The translations under genes were made by a program, and so were the position numbers. The notes beneath the pieces are model-generated. The model did not search any database. It worked only from the letters and a program-made list of their open reading frames with translations, and was not told the origin of the DNA. A stretch of DNA of 64,000 bases from Candidatus Poribacteria bacterium (GTDB taxonomy: Bacteria > Poribacteria > WGA-4E > GCA-2687025), in the NCBI GenBank assembly GCA_963665845.2, contig OY762492.1:320001-384000 (forward strand). The letters are read 5' to 3'. Shown one piece after another: positions 1-9,074 of this stretch (its first letter is position 1; each line of letters begins with the position of its first letter).

Positions 1-2
1 AT

Positions 3-224
3 GCCGATTTTGAGGGCAAGATTGCGTATCTTATGACGATGAACAATGTAAAGTTTCGGGCGCCGGCGGTTCCCGGCGATCAGATCGAATTGAGAGTCGA
101 AATAACCCGCCTGCGCCGTTCGGTCGGTTTTTTACGCGGAACCGCTTACATCGACGCCAAACTGACCGCGGAGGCAGATTTCAGTTTCGCGCTGGTCAAC
201 CGCGAAAAGGAGGCGCCCAAATGA
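3..224 (+). CDS. fabZ: 3-hydroxyacyl-ACP dehydratase, 3' part only (truncated by the window start; could be the end of an LpxC-FabZ fusion)
   Basis: Frame open from base 3; contains VKFRAPAVPGDQ, the FabZ KFR-x-PV-x-PGD motif; ATGA-type overlap with lpxA. Confidence 0.85.
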   Translation, partial: ADFEGKIAYLMTMNNVKFRAPAVPGDQIELRVEITRLRRSVGFLRGTAYIDAKLTAEADFSFALVNREKEAPK

Positions 225-1030
225 GCTCCAAAATACATCCCACCGCCATCGTCAGCCCCGACGCAGAACTGGCAGACGGCGTCGAGATCGGAGCTTACAG
301 CGTTGTGGACGCCGGCGCGTCCATCGGCGAAAACACATGGATTGATACGCATGCGCGCATACACGGCGCGGCGACGATCGGCTCCGAATGCCGCATCCAT
401 CAAGGCGCCGCCATCGGACACTCCTCCGTCGACCTCAAATTTAAAGGCGGGGACTGCAGAGCCGTCATCGGCAACCGCAACATTATCCGCGAATATGTAA
501 CGATTTCCGCCTCCTCCTTCGACGGAAAAGCGACCATGATCGGCAACGGCAACCTGCTCATGCACTGGACAAACATCGCCCATGACTGCGTCATCGGGGA
601 CGGCGTCATCATGGCGAACCTTGTCTCGCTGGGCGGGCATGTGGAGATTGAGGGACCATGCCGCATCGGCGCGCATGCCGGCTTTCATCAGTTTGTGCGG
701 GTCGGGCGCGGCTCCATGATCGGCGGATACTCGAAGGTGACGCAGGACGCGCCGCCGTATAGCCTCACGGAAGGCAACCCCGCCTGGGCGCGCAGCCTGA
801 ACCTGATCGGGCGGGATGTCGTGAAAAGCCACCCGATGGCGGATGTGCCGGAGGAGTCGATCTCGGCGCTAAAACAGGCGTTTCGGTTGATTTTTCGTTC
901 CGATTTGAAGCTGGCGGACGCGCTTGATCAAGCGGAAGAGGCGGCGGGAAGCGATCCGCATGCGGCGCATCTGATACAGTTTGTGCGCTCATCGAAGCGG
1001 GGCGTGCGCCGGCGCGCTCCCGCTGAATGA
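221..1030 (+). CDS. lpxA: Acyl-ACP--UDP-N-acetylglucosamine O-acyltransferase
   Basis: IHPTAIV start, hexapeptide repeats, IREYVTI, IAHDCVIG, FHQFVRVG; fabZ-lpxA-lpxI order. Confidence 0.93.
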   Translation: MSSKIHPTAIVSPDAELADGVEIGAYSVVDAGASIGENTWIDTHARIHGAATIGSECRIHQGAAIGHSSVDLKFKGGDCRAVIGNRNIIREYVTISASSFDGKATMIGNGNLLMHWTNIAHDCVIGDGVIMANLVSLGGHVEIEGPCRIGAHAGFHQFVRVGRGSMIGGYSKVTQDAPPYSLTEGNPAWARSLNLIGRDVVKSHPMADVPEESISALKQAFRLIFRSDLKLADALDQAEEAAGSDPHAAHLIQFVRSSKRGVRRRAPAE

Positions 1031-1875
1031 ATCGCGCCGAACCGCTGGGGCTTATCGCCGGCAGCGGTCAGCTTCCCGTTCTTCTGGCGCGGGAGACGGC
1101 AGGTTCCCGCTCCCTCATCACCGCCGCTATTTCCAACGAGCCGCAGCCCGAACTGGAGCGGCGGTCAACCTTTTTTGAACGAACGGCGGTCGGCAAGGCA
1201 AGCCGCATCGTGTCGATCTTTGAGTCGCATGGGGCGGCGGAGCTGGCGATCCTCGGCGGGGCGCAGAAATCGGAGCTGTTTAAACCGCATCGGCTCGACT
1301 GGCTCGCGTTGAAGATACTGGCGAAATCGAAGACGCGCGGCGATCAGTCGCTCTTTGCCGCCATCGCCGAGGAGTTTGAGTCGCGGGGGATGCGGGTCGC
1401 CGATCAGCGAACCTATCTGCCGTCGCTGACGGTAACAGAGGGCGTTTTGACGGAGAGAAAGCTGTCCCGCGCCCAGCGCGCCGACGCCGAATACGCCCTG
1501 CATTTGGCGCGTTCCGCCGCGGCGCTGGACATCGGTCAAACGGCGGTTGTCAAGAGCGGCGCGCCGGTCGCCATCGAAGGCATGGAAGGGACCGACGCCG
1601 CCATCCGCCGAGGCGGGCAGCTTGCCGGCAAAGACGCCGTCGTCGGCAAAGCATGCCGACCCGACCATGACTTTCGCTTCGACACGCCGACCATCGGGCT
1701 GAAGACGCTGGACGCGCTCATCGACGCGAAAGCGGGCGCGCTGGCGCTGGAAGCGGGGCGCGTGTTCATGCTGGACCGCGAGGCTTTGATTCAAGAAGCG
1801 GACCGCATCGGCATCGCTGTCATCGCCCTTCCGCCGAGTCGCTCTCCGCGCCGTTCATCACAACTGGATGTTTAG
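1027..1875 (+). CDS. lpxI: UDP-2,3-diacylglucosamine diphosphatase LpxI
   Basis: LGLIAGSGQLP, DIGQTAVV, AIEGMEGTDAAIRR, DFRFDTPTIG motifs; follows lpxA. Confidence 0.9.
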   Translation: MNRAEPLGLIAGSGQLPVLLARETAGSRSLITAAISNEPQPELERRSTFFERTAVGKASRIVSIFESHGAAELAILGGAQKSELFKPHRLDWLALKILAKSKTRGDQSLFAAIAEEFESRGMRVADQRTYLPSLTVTEGVLTERKLSRAQRADAEYALHLARSAAALDIGQTAVVKSGAPVAIEGMEGTDAAIRRGGQLAGKDAVVGKACRPDHDFRFDTPTIGLKTLDALIDAKAGALALEAGRVFMLDREALIQEADRIGIAVIALPPSRSPRRSSQLDV

Positions 1876-2589
1876 CGCCGTCTTTAGCTGGAGATCTGTT
1901 TTCTTCACATTTGCCGGCGGGCGCGTGTCATGGCTGACGCGCAGCCTGACCGGCAGGCGCAGCCGATCGGAGACGCGCGCCGTGAGAGCCGCCTCAAGCA
2001 GCGCCCGCGCGTCGTTCATGTCGCCGAGCTTCGGCTGAAGAAAGGTCGTTTGCGACAGCGTCAGATTCGGCAGCGCGTTCCATTCCAATGTGATATAAGA
2101 GGACCAGCGCCCCGCTTGCGTTTGTCCGCCGTCTTTGAGCCGTTCATTTTCGGTCATGAACGCCGAGCCGAGAGCCGCCAAGACGCGCTCCCCCGACCAG
2201 TGAAGCCGTAAGCCTGCCCCTGCAAGGGCGCGCAGCTCCAGCCGGCGAAAATCGTCCGAATCCGCCTGTATAAAACCTTCCGCGTCCAGCAGTCCAAACC
2301 AGCGCTGACGCCTGCGCAGATGTCCAAACAGGTTGGAGGCGAACCGTTCGCCGCCCTTGCTGCCGAGTTCGCCGCTGACGACCAGAAGCGTGATATTCCC
2401 TTCAGAACGCCGTAACGCCGCCGCCGACAAACTGAACAGCGACCGCTCCGTGTTGCCTGTGCGCAGATCGGCGGACGCTTCCAGCTGCGCGCTGAAACCG
2501 AGTTCCGCGTTCTGGGCGCTCGGCAGCACATTCACGATCTGCCCAGACGAAACGACCGCCAACGCCAGAATCAGCCCCGCCGCGTTCAT
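1858..2589 (-). CDS. DUF481-like outer-membrane beta-barrel protein
   Basis: Signal peptide, GNTE motif, amphipathic beta strands, ends in HDTRPP..DLQLKTALNIQL. Confidence 0.65.
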   Translation of the reverse strand: MNAAGLILALAVVSSGQIVNVLPSAQNAELGFSAQLEASADLRTGNTERSLFSLSAAALRRSEGNITLLVVSGELGSKGGERFASNLFGHLRRRQRWFGLLDAEGFIQADSDDFRRLELRALAGAGLRLHWSGERVLAALGSAFMTENERLKDGGQTQAGRWSSYITLEWNALPNLTLSQTTFLQPKLGDMNDARALLEAALTARVSDRLRLPVRLRVSHDTRPPANVKKTDLQLKTALNIQL

Positions 2590-3473
2590 TGAGAATTGCC
2601 CAAAGCGGGCGGTTCAACCGGCGCGGCTCCGGTCGTTTCAAACGGAAATTGCGGGTTCGGCATGAGCGGCAGCGGCGTCTCAACGCTCAAGACGCCGCGC
2701 AGCGTGTACTCCACTTCAGCCCTCTTGAAAAGCGCGTCCGACAATTCGGCGGGCAGGTCGGCGTAATCCACAGCGAACGGCATCTCAATTGTACCCGCCT
2801 TTTCGCCAAAGATTTCTAGGTCGGCGGTCGTTCTGGAACTTTTCCATGTCTTGTCTTTTAGTTTTGGAGAAATCTGGAGCGCCGTCGCGCGTATCAGAAA
2901 CCGGTTCGGGTTTTCGATTTGGATATGAAACCGTCCTTTTTCAGACCCCGCATGGAGCAGAACTTTACTTAAATGTATCTTTGGAGGCTGCGGGATCGGC
3001 ATGCGCCCATTCCGCGACATGCGCATCTCAACAGGCGGAAACGGCTTCGTTTGGGCGGTTAAGACGGCGTCAAATACCCATTCCGCCTTCTCTTCGCCGC
3101 TGAAAAGGGCGAGAGGAGCGTTCAGCAGGATCGGCAAGCGTCCGCTGCCGTTGGCGGGTATCTCAAACGGCTTGTCGATTTTGCCCTGTATCGGCTCTTC
3201 CCCGCCGATTTTCAGGACATACTCTGCCGATTGAATTTGCGCCGCTCTCGCGTTCGGGTTCCGTATCTTCATCTGAAAATCGAAGGAGGCTTTTGTGAAG
3301 GAGAGGTGGACGGCGGACGCCTTCATGAACTGAACCTCCAGCGGCTTGATGGAGCCGATCTGCGCGTCGGCGGGAGAGCGCGGACCGCGCGGACCGCTCA
3401 ACCCTGCGCATGCCGTCAGCGCCAGCAGCAGAATCGGCGCCGCGCCTTTTAACCAAAAAACGGAACGAGCCAT
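2586..3473 (-). CDS. Lipoprotein with two LEA_2/WHy-like domains
   Basis: Lipobox LALTAC; two NPN motifs (IRNPN, IENPN), each in a beta-rich repeat. Confidence 0.65.
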   Translation of the reverse strand: MARSVFWLKGAAPILLLALTACAGLSGPRGPRSPADAQIGSIKPLEVQFMKASAVHLSFTKASFDFQMKIRNPNARAAQIQSAEYVLKIGGEEPIQGKIDKPFEIPANGSGRLPILLNAPLALFSGEEKAEWVFDAVLTAQTKPFPPVEMRMSRNGRMPIPQPPKIHLSKVLLHAGSEKGRFHIQIENPNRFLIRATALQISPKLKDKTWKSSRTTADLEIFGEKAGTIEMPFAVDYADLPAELSDALFKRAEVEYTLRGVLSVETPLPLMPNPQFPFETTGAAPVEPPALGNSQ

Positions 3474-4615
3474 TCTTCTTTGATCTCTAGCCCAAAGCCG
3501 GGTCTGTTGGACGGAAACACATGGCTATCGACCGGCGTTTCGTCTGGGTTGTACGGCTTCGCCTCCCGCAGCGGAACGCCCGGCGGACTGCCGATAAAGT
3601 ATTCGCACCAGGGCGTGTTCGGCATCGCGGCGGAGAAGTGAAGCCCATACGGATTCATCCCGCCGCCGTGCAGGATGACCTGAATCCCCGCCGCGTCCGC
3701 CATGAGCGCGATGCGCCGCGCCGCCGTCAGCCCGCCGACCCAGTGGATGTCCGGCTGAAGGATGTCGAGCGCGCGGAGCTGAATCAGCCGCTGAAACGGC
3801 GCCGTCAGATACATATGCTCCCCGCTGGCGAGCGTTTGCCATGGGATTCGCCGCTTCACTTCGCCATGCGCTTCCAGGTCTTCGGGCGGCAGAAACTCTT
3901 CGATCCATTTGAGTCGATAGGGGCGCATCCGCTCGGCGAGCTGAACGGTGTAGTCGACATCGAACGCCATGTAGCAGTCCAGCATGATCTCAATATCGGC
4001 GCCGCACAGCTCGCGCGTTTCGGAGATAAGCCGTTCGTTTCGGTTGAGTCCATTCATGCCGTCCGCGGGTCCATGGGGGCAGGCGAGCTTGACCGCTTTA
4101 AACCCGCACTCCAGAAACCAGTCGATGTCGTTGCCGGTGGCGTAGGCAAAAAGCGTCTCGCGCGCCGGCCCGCCCAGCATTTCATACACGGGCTGACCGC
4201 GCAGCTTGCCGGCAAGGTCCCACAGCGCCAGATCCACGCCGGAGATTGCGCATGCGGCGATCCCTGTTGAGCCGTACGGTTTCGACGCGCGCGACATCAT
4301 ATCCCAGCATTTGTCGATGGCGAAGCATGACTCCCCGATCAGAAGCGGACCGAGATGGTCCTCAATCACCGCGGCGACGGGGCGCCCGAAGGAGGTCAGC
4401 CCGCAGCCCCAGGTTCCGTCTTCAGCGGTCGCCTTGACCCAGACGGCGCCCCACTTCGGCATCCAGCTGGGGCGGTAACGTTTATAGCGCGGAAACTTGG
4501 ACATCGGGTTGGCGATCTCGGCGTCGGCGCTCCACGGGGGGCGCCTCGGCTCGGTTCTCGGACCGTCGGTCGCCGGCAAATGCAGCGACGCCGCCTGGAT
4601 GGACGCAATCTTCAT
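3449..4615 (-). CDS. rhmD: Enolase-superfamily acid-sugar dehydratase, L-rhamnonate dehydratase-like
   Basis: IANPMSKFPRY, AISGVDLALWDL, MLDCYM, KWIEE, SGEH, QPDIHWVGGLT motifs; substrate not certain. Confidence 0.7.
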   Translation of the reverse strand: MKIASIQAASLHLPATDGPRTEPRRPPWSADAEIANPMSKFPRYKRYRPSWMPKWGAVWVKATAEDGTWGCGLTSFGRPVAAVIEDHLGPLLIGESCFAIDKCWDMMSRASKPYGSTGIAACAISGVDLALWDLAGKLRGQPVYEMLGGPARETLFAYATGNDIDWFLECGFKAVKLACPHGPADGMNGLNRNERLISETRELCGADIEIMLDCYMAFDVDYTVQLAERMRPYRLKWIEEFLPPEDLEAHGEVKRRIPWQTLASGEHMYLTAPFQRLIQLRALDILQPDIHWVGGLTAARRIALMADAAGIQVILHGGGMNPYGLHFSAAMPNTPWCEYFIGSPPGVPLREAKPYNPDETPVDSHVFPSNRPGFGLEIKEEWLVPFFG

Positions 4616-4872
4616 AAGAGCCGCCGCCTTTTCCGTTTGCGTTTACGGGCTTCGGCGGCGTCCTCCAGTATGCCCTCCAGCACATCGCCGAGGGGGCGCT
4701 GGACAGACTGCTCCGTCGCGACAGCGAAAGCGGCGTTCTGCGGCAGAGAACGGTTCGCTCGATACGCCGACACAACCGCCTTGATCTGCGCAGGCGTGAA
4801 CCCGTGAAGGATGATCGCCTTTGGACGATGTTTTAAGGTCTCGTCCCGTTCGTCCAGCCGTTCAAATTCCAT
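4612..4872 (-). CDS. Small conserved hypothetical protein (DUF3783-like)
   Basis: ILHGFT..FAVATEQSVQRPLGDVL pattern; upstream GAGGCGG RBS; overlaps the next gene. Confidence 0.5.
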   Translation of the reverse strand: MEFERLDERDETLKHRPKAIILHGFTPAQIKAVVSAYRANRSLPQNAAFAVATEQSVQRPLGDVLEGILEDAAEARKRKRKRRRLL

Positions 4873-4889
4873 ACCGCCTCTCCTGCGTT

Positions 4890-5270
4890 TTAGGCGCGTT
4901 CCAGCAGTTCGATTTCATACCCGTCCGGGTCGTCAATGAACGCCATTTTGCGCCCCGTCGGGAAGGTTTTGCGCCAGTCGTCCGGCCACACTTCGATGCC
5001 TTTTTTCTCCAGCTCGCCGCACAGGGCGATCAGATCCGGCACGCCGACCGCAAAGTGCATCAGGTCTTCAGGGACGTTCAGCTCATAGTCGGGCGAGTAG
5101 CAGAATTCGATCTCATGGTCGTTGCCGGGCAGGGTGAGAAAAGCGAGGCGGTTGCCGGCGGGCGAGTTGTCGTTTCGCCCCTTCAGCTCAAAGCCGAGAT
5201 GCTCCGTGTAAAACTGGATGCTGCGGTCCAGGTCGCTGACGCGGATGCGCGTATGAAGAAAGACTGCCAT
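4890..5270 (-). CDS. VOC/glyoxalase family protein (lactoylglutathione lyase-like); start moved to MAVFLH
   Basis: FLHTRIRVSDLDRSIQFY, HFAVGV, FIDDPDGYEIELLE; the longer ORF N-terminus lies in REP DNA. Confidence 0.85.
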   Translation of the reverse strand: MAVFLHTRIRVSDLDRSIQFYTEHLGFELKGRNDNSPAGNRLAFLTLPGNDHEIEFCYSPDYELNVPEDLMHFAVGVPDLIALCGELEKKGIEVWPDDWRKTFPTGRKMAFIDDPDGYEIELLERA

Positions 5271-5411
5271 TGCGTTCCTTTCAAGAAGCGGCGTTTCTTT
5301 GACGATCCTATCCGATATTGAGTCGGGCGTCAACCGCGCCTCTTCTCGTCCCCCGCTTCCACGAGGGCATGCATTCCCGCGCCCCCATAGCCTGCCCCCG
5401 TGAAAACGGGG

Positions 5412-5435
5412 GTCATTCCCGCGCAAGCGGGAATC
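5412..5435. repeat. REP-like palindrome GTCATTCCCGCG-N4-CGGGAATC (family REP-1); other copies at 5689-5712, 12349-12422 (cluster), 23918-23939, 34211-34246, 43942-43965, 44085-44108, 47161-47184, 59582-59603 (degenerate) and 62154-62177
   Basis: ATTCCC-N8-GGGAAT-type hairpin read directly at about 11 mostly intergenic sites. Confidence 0.9.
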
Positions 5436-5447
5436 TTATCCTTTGTC

Positions 5448-5569
5448 TGAACTAGGATTTGCATGATTGAAAAGATTGCCAAGAGGTTTGCCGAAAACGA
5501 TACGCCGCCCCCGACATGCCTGCGCCCTCAAAATCCTTAAAACCTATAAATCCTGAAAATCCTAGTTCA
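5448..5569. repeat. Small element bounded by a 13-bp inverted repeat (TGAACTAGGATTT / AAATCCTAGTTCA) with internal ~9-bp AATCCT-type periodicity
   Basis: Perfect 13-bp inverted repeat; aaatccttaaaacctataaatcctgaaaatcct run. Confidence 0.55.
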
Positions 5570-5622
5570 AAACCCAGCGCCCCGCGCCAAACCCCATAGC
5601 CCTGCTTTTCAAGGGGAAATAA

Positions 5623-5790
5623 CTGACCTTACATCTATAGTTGGGACATGGCGGCGGGCGAACGCGGACGTTGTGTGCGCCGCCTCTGGATTCCCGCTTA
5701 CGCGGGAATGACGGTTTGTTTGGCGGCGCCTTTTTCCCATGAATAAAGGCTTTGGTTGTCCAGATGTCCCAACTTTCAGCATGAGGTCAG
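5623..5790 (+). mobile_element. MITE-A, 168 bp, imperfect 27-bp TIRs (CTGACCT...AGTTGGGACAT), 7-bp target duplication GAAATAA, carries a REP-1 palindrome
   Basis: GAAATAA at 5616-5622 and 5791-5797; TIRs match at 20/27; further copies at 16138, 34133-34312 and 43856-44108. Confidence 0.75.
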
Positions 5791-5833
5791 GAAATAAAAT
5801 TCACGTTGTCATTTCTGCTTGAAAAAGAACCGA

Positions 5834-6799
5834 TCACGGAGAGCCGAAAAGACGGCGAAGATAGGACCCTAGCAGCGATCGGCGAGGCACATCATACTGA
5901 TACTCCGCCACGAACGTACACGCCTCGCGCTTCACCCACGCATGCGCCTGCGTCTGCAGATTTATCTTGAGCCATTCGCCGTCCCGCTCCGACGCTTCAT
6001 ATGGGATGCCGGGGCGCGTAAAGCCCCTCGGCGAGGCGATTCGCGTCAAGCCCTTCTCCTTGCGGTACACCACATAATCGTTCACCTCGTAATGTTCCCA
6101 GTCCGCCTTGCTCAACTCATGGGCTATGTCTTGGCGCGTCGAGAGGCTCCTGATGTTGACGGCGTACCCCTCTCCCTTGGATTCATCGCTCTTGCCGATG
6201 ATCCGCCCTTCCCATAAGATCAGCTCCTCATGGGGGTACGGCTCGGTTCGGACCGGGATGCGCCGGCGGAAAATCACCTCGTCCACCAGCCCTTTTGACA
6301 CGGAAGCGACCTTATCTGCCGGCGTCCATCCTGCTTCGCTGCCGGGCTTCAGTTCTATTTTGACCCAGTCCTCGATCCGGCGCGTAAAGGGGCGGCGGGT
6401 GACCGGTTGAGCGGTTGCGATCGTGAGCGAGTCGCCGCGCGGAAAACGGCGCATTTTGGTACCCATTTCTACGGCGACCAGCAGTTCCGCCGCCTCCGGA
6501 CGTACCGCCAACGCCGGTTTTTCCTCCGTTACGGCAAACGGAAGCGGCTCCTCCAAAAGGAGCGCGCGGCGTTCCGCGTCAATGCTGAGGATGCGGGCGA
6601 ACGCCCCGTCCGGGTTGGCGTCAATGACGACGGTCTCTCCTGGGGCGAAGGCGCGGACGCTCTTCAGGCGCAGCTCCGTAGACCCGATCTCATGCGCGCC
6701 GACCGTTTCCGACAAGGGGCGCGGCGGAGCCGTCCACAGATACAACCCGACGCCAAGGAGCGTCAGTACGATGACAAGGCTAACGATCAGACGGCGCAT
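5834..6799 (-). CDS. Membrane-anchored protein with two SH3b-like segments
   Basis: N-terminal TM helix; DWVKIELKPGSEAGWTP and GEWLKINLQTQAHAWVK resemble bacterial SH3 strands. Confidence 0.5.
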   Translation of the reverse strand: MRRLIVSLVIVLTLLGVGLYLWTAPPRPLSETVGAHEIGSTELRLKSVRAFAPGETVVIDANPDGAFARILSIDAERRALLLEEPLPFAVTEEKPALAVRPEAAELLVAVEMGTKMRRFPRGDSLTIATAQPVTRRPFTRRIEDWVKIELKPGSEAGWTPADKVASVSKGLVDEVIFRRRIPVRTEPYPHEELILWEGRIIGKSDESKGEGYAVNIRSLSTRQDIAHELSKADWEHYEVNDYVVYRKEKGLTRIASPRGFTRPGIPYEASERDGEWLKINLQTQAHAWVKREACTFVAEYQYDVPRRSLLGSYLRRLFGSP

Positions 6800-8486
6800 C
6801 AGGCGACTCCTTCACTAAACCGCGCGTCCGCACCACTGCTTCAACGCGTCGATTTCGGGCATCCTGCGGCGGCAAGCCCTCAACCTGTCGGCGCGATCCG
6901 CGCCCGTTTGCGTTCATTGAATCCAATTCTGCTCCCAGCGCCGCCGCCAAAATGCGGCTGACCGCCTCGGCGCGTTCCTTAGACAATCGATCCTCGGCGT
7001 CAACATTTCCCGACCGCTCCGAATATCCGTTCACCTCTATATGATAGCGCTTTAGAAACGGGCGCGCCGCCTCAGCGATCTTTTGAACGAGAGAAACGTG
7101 CGCCGGCGCGATGTCGGAGGAGCCATCCGCAAAGAGAGCCGCCGGCATTCGGAACGCGACCCCATTCTGCGCCGAAAAGACGACCGCGCCCTCTATTTTG
7201 GATCCCGCCTCCAACAGCGCCGCTTCGTCCGTTTGAACCTGGCGCGCCCATGTTTCCGCTTTGTTGAGTATATCGGATGCCGCTTCAGCGTTGCGCGCGG
7301 CGAGATTCAGGTTGCCGATCTCCATCAGGGAGGCGGCGAGCGCGGCAAGGGAACCGGCGGCGCCCAGCTCCGTTTCAAAACGCGCTTTTGCGAAGTTCGG
7401 CAGCGCCTCCGCCCGCGCGGTCATGAGGCGTGAGATGTCCTTGACAAGCGCAACCTGCTCTTCGGAGGTTCGCGCCCGCAAAACGTTCGACAAGGCGGCG
7501 CGCCCTTCTGAATACGCCAGCGCCGCGATGTACTCCGCCTTTTCAGCCGTTCCAAGCGCCAATTCATAGGCGTTGTTGTTGAAAAGATCGATAGCTTCTT
7601 GAACCATTTCTTCAGCGTCTTGGTAGAGTTCGGGCGCGCCTTGACGGTACTCTTCCGCCTTTCTCAACATGCCTTGCGCCGCCCCGATCGCCCAGCCTGC
7701 TGAACCTGCCGCCGCCGCCAGCGCGCGCGACTCCTCCGCGCGCCGCGCCGCCTGTTTGCCGATGGACGACACGCGCAGATCGTCCGCCTCGCGGTACGCG
7801 TCGAGAGCTTGAAGGCGCGCCTGCCGCGCGTCGCCGGACGCGAGCAGCCGGCGCGCCTCCGCTTCCATCTTCTGCGCGTTTTCAAAACGGGACGGCTCCA
7901 AGTTTGCCGCGTTCGCCTGCGCAGCCAGCTGGATGGCGCGGTCGGCAAGCGAGAGCGCCGTTTCGGCGAGAAGGCGGGCGGCGTCTTCTTCGGCTTGCGT
8001 TTTGGCGTCTTCGGCGGCGCGTTGAGAAGCTTGCGCTTCCTGGCGGGCTTGCGCGGCGTCCGATTCGGCGCGTTCCCGCAGGGCGCGTTCCAGATCGCGG
8101 CGCGCGTCGGCGGCTTCTCCTTTTAAACGCCCCTCCGTCATGAGCGCGTCCAGGTATGCGGCGAGCGCGCGGTTGCGTTCCGCTTCGGCGTCCGCCTCTT
8201 CAGCCTGCGCAGCGGCGAGGTCGGCGTAATGCCGCGCGCGCTCAAAGAGATCATGCGCCAAGCGGTTCTCGCCCTCCTGAAGCAGCGTTTGCGCCTCTTC
8301 AAACAAACGGCGCGCCTGCGAATACGCGGGCGATTCTTCAGCCCCCTCCGCGGCGCGGTAGGACGCCTCCGCCTGTTGATACGCCTCTTCAACCTGCGTC
8401 TTTGAGACGCCGGCGCCGCAGCCGGCGCCGACCGCCATCAACAGCAGAAGACAGACCGCCGCGCAGAGCCGTTCAATCCGACTCAT
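6780..8486 (-). CDS. OmpA_C-domain lipoprotein with a long helical (DUF4398-like) N-terminal region; start moved to MSRIERL
   Basis: Lipobox-like AVGAGC; C-terminal LFADGSSDI, IEVNGYSE, LSKERAEAV, RNRRVE. Confidence 0.75.
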   Translation of the reverse strand: MSRIERLCAAVCLLLLMAVGAGCGAGVSKTQVEEAYQQAEASYRAAEGAEESPAYSQARRLFEEAQTLLQEGENRLAHDLFERARHYADLAAAQAEEADAEAERNRALAAYLDALMTEGRLKGEAADARRDLERALRERAESDAAQARQEAQASQRAAEDAKTQAEEDAARLLAETALSLADRAIQLAAQANAANLEPSRFENAQKMEAEARRLLASGDARQARLQALDAYREADDLRVSSIGKQAARRAEESRALAAAAGSAGWAIGAAQGMLRKAEEYRQGAPELYQDAEEMVQEAIDLFNNNAYELALGTAEKAEYIAALAYSEGRAALSNVLRARTSEEQVALVKDISRLMTARAEALPNFAKARFETELGAAGSLAALAASLMEIGNLNLAARNAEAASDILNKAETWARQVQTDEAALLEAGSKIEGAVVFSAQNGVAFRMPAALFADGSSDIAPAHVSLVQKIAEAARPFLKRYHIEVNGYSERSGNVDAEDRLSKERAEAVSRILAAALGAELDSMNANGRGSRRQVEGLPPQDARNRRVEAVVRTRGLVKESPDAPSDR

Positions 8487-8895
8487 TCGATTCGTCCAGC
8501 GCATTTCGTTCGTCCAATGTGTTGTTCCGTTCGGTTCGCAGTTTGTCGGCGGAAGCGGCGGTCTGTTCAAGCGCGCGTTCGGCGGCTTCCGTTTCCGCTT
8601 GAAGACGCCCCGCCCGAAGCGCCGCGCGCGCCTCTTCAACCCGAAGCAGAGCCAAACCCGCCAGCCGGTCCGATTCGGCTCCGTCGCCTGAATCGCGCGC
8701 CTCTTTGGAACGCTCAATCAGCTTTTCCGCCTGTTCAAGCGGCGCGGCTGCCGCGTCAACGCCCTCCTCAAACAGAAGCGCGGCATGGGCGGCTTCGGCG
8801 TCGTAGAGAAGCATGGACGCGCCGCTCCCGCCGCAGCCGTTGAGAGCCAGCGCAAGCAAGAGCGCGGCAGACGCAGACGATAAGTGTTTTGACAT
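8473..8895 (-). CDS. DUF4398-like helical lipoprotein
   Basis: Lipobox LALNGC; Ala/Glu-rich helices; sits upstream of the OmpA gene, the usual pairing. Confidence 0.6.
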   Translation of the reverse strand: MSKHLSSASAALLLALALNGCGGSGASMLLYDAEAAHAALLFEEGVDAAAAPLEQAEKLIERSKEARDSGDGAESDRLAGLALLRVEEARAALRAGRLQAETEAAERALEQTAASADKLRTERNNTLDERNALDESNESD

Positions 8896-9074
8896 GATTC
8901 AGCCCGTTTCTCTCCCGCCGTTCATGCGCGGGAAATCGATTGCGAAACCCGCGAAGCGCCGATTTAAACGCTGCGCAAAATGTATCGTATAATTGAATCG
9001 CAGGCGGCGCAACCGCAGTACGCTCAAACGGATATTCTTCACGGGAACGCGATCTAAAAAGGTCAGGTCAAGCG

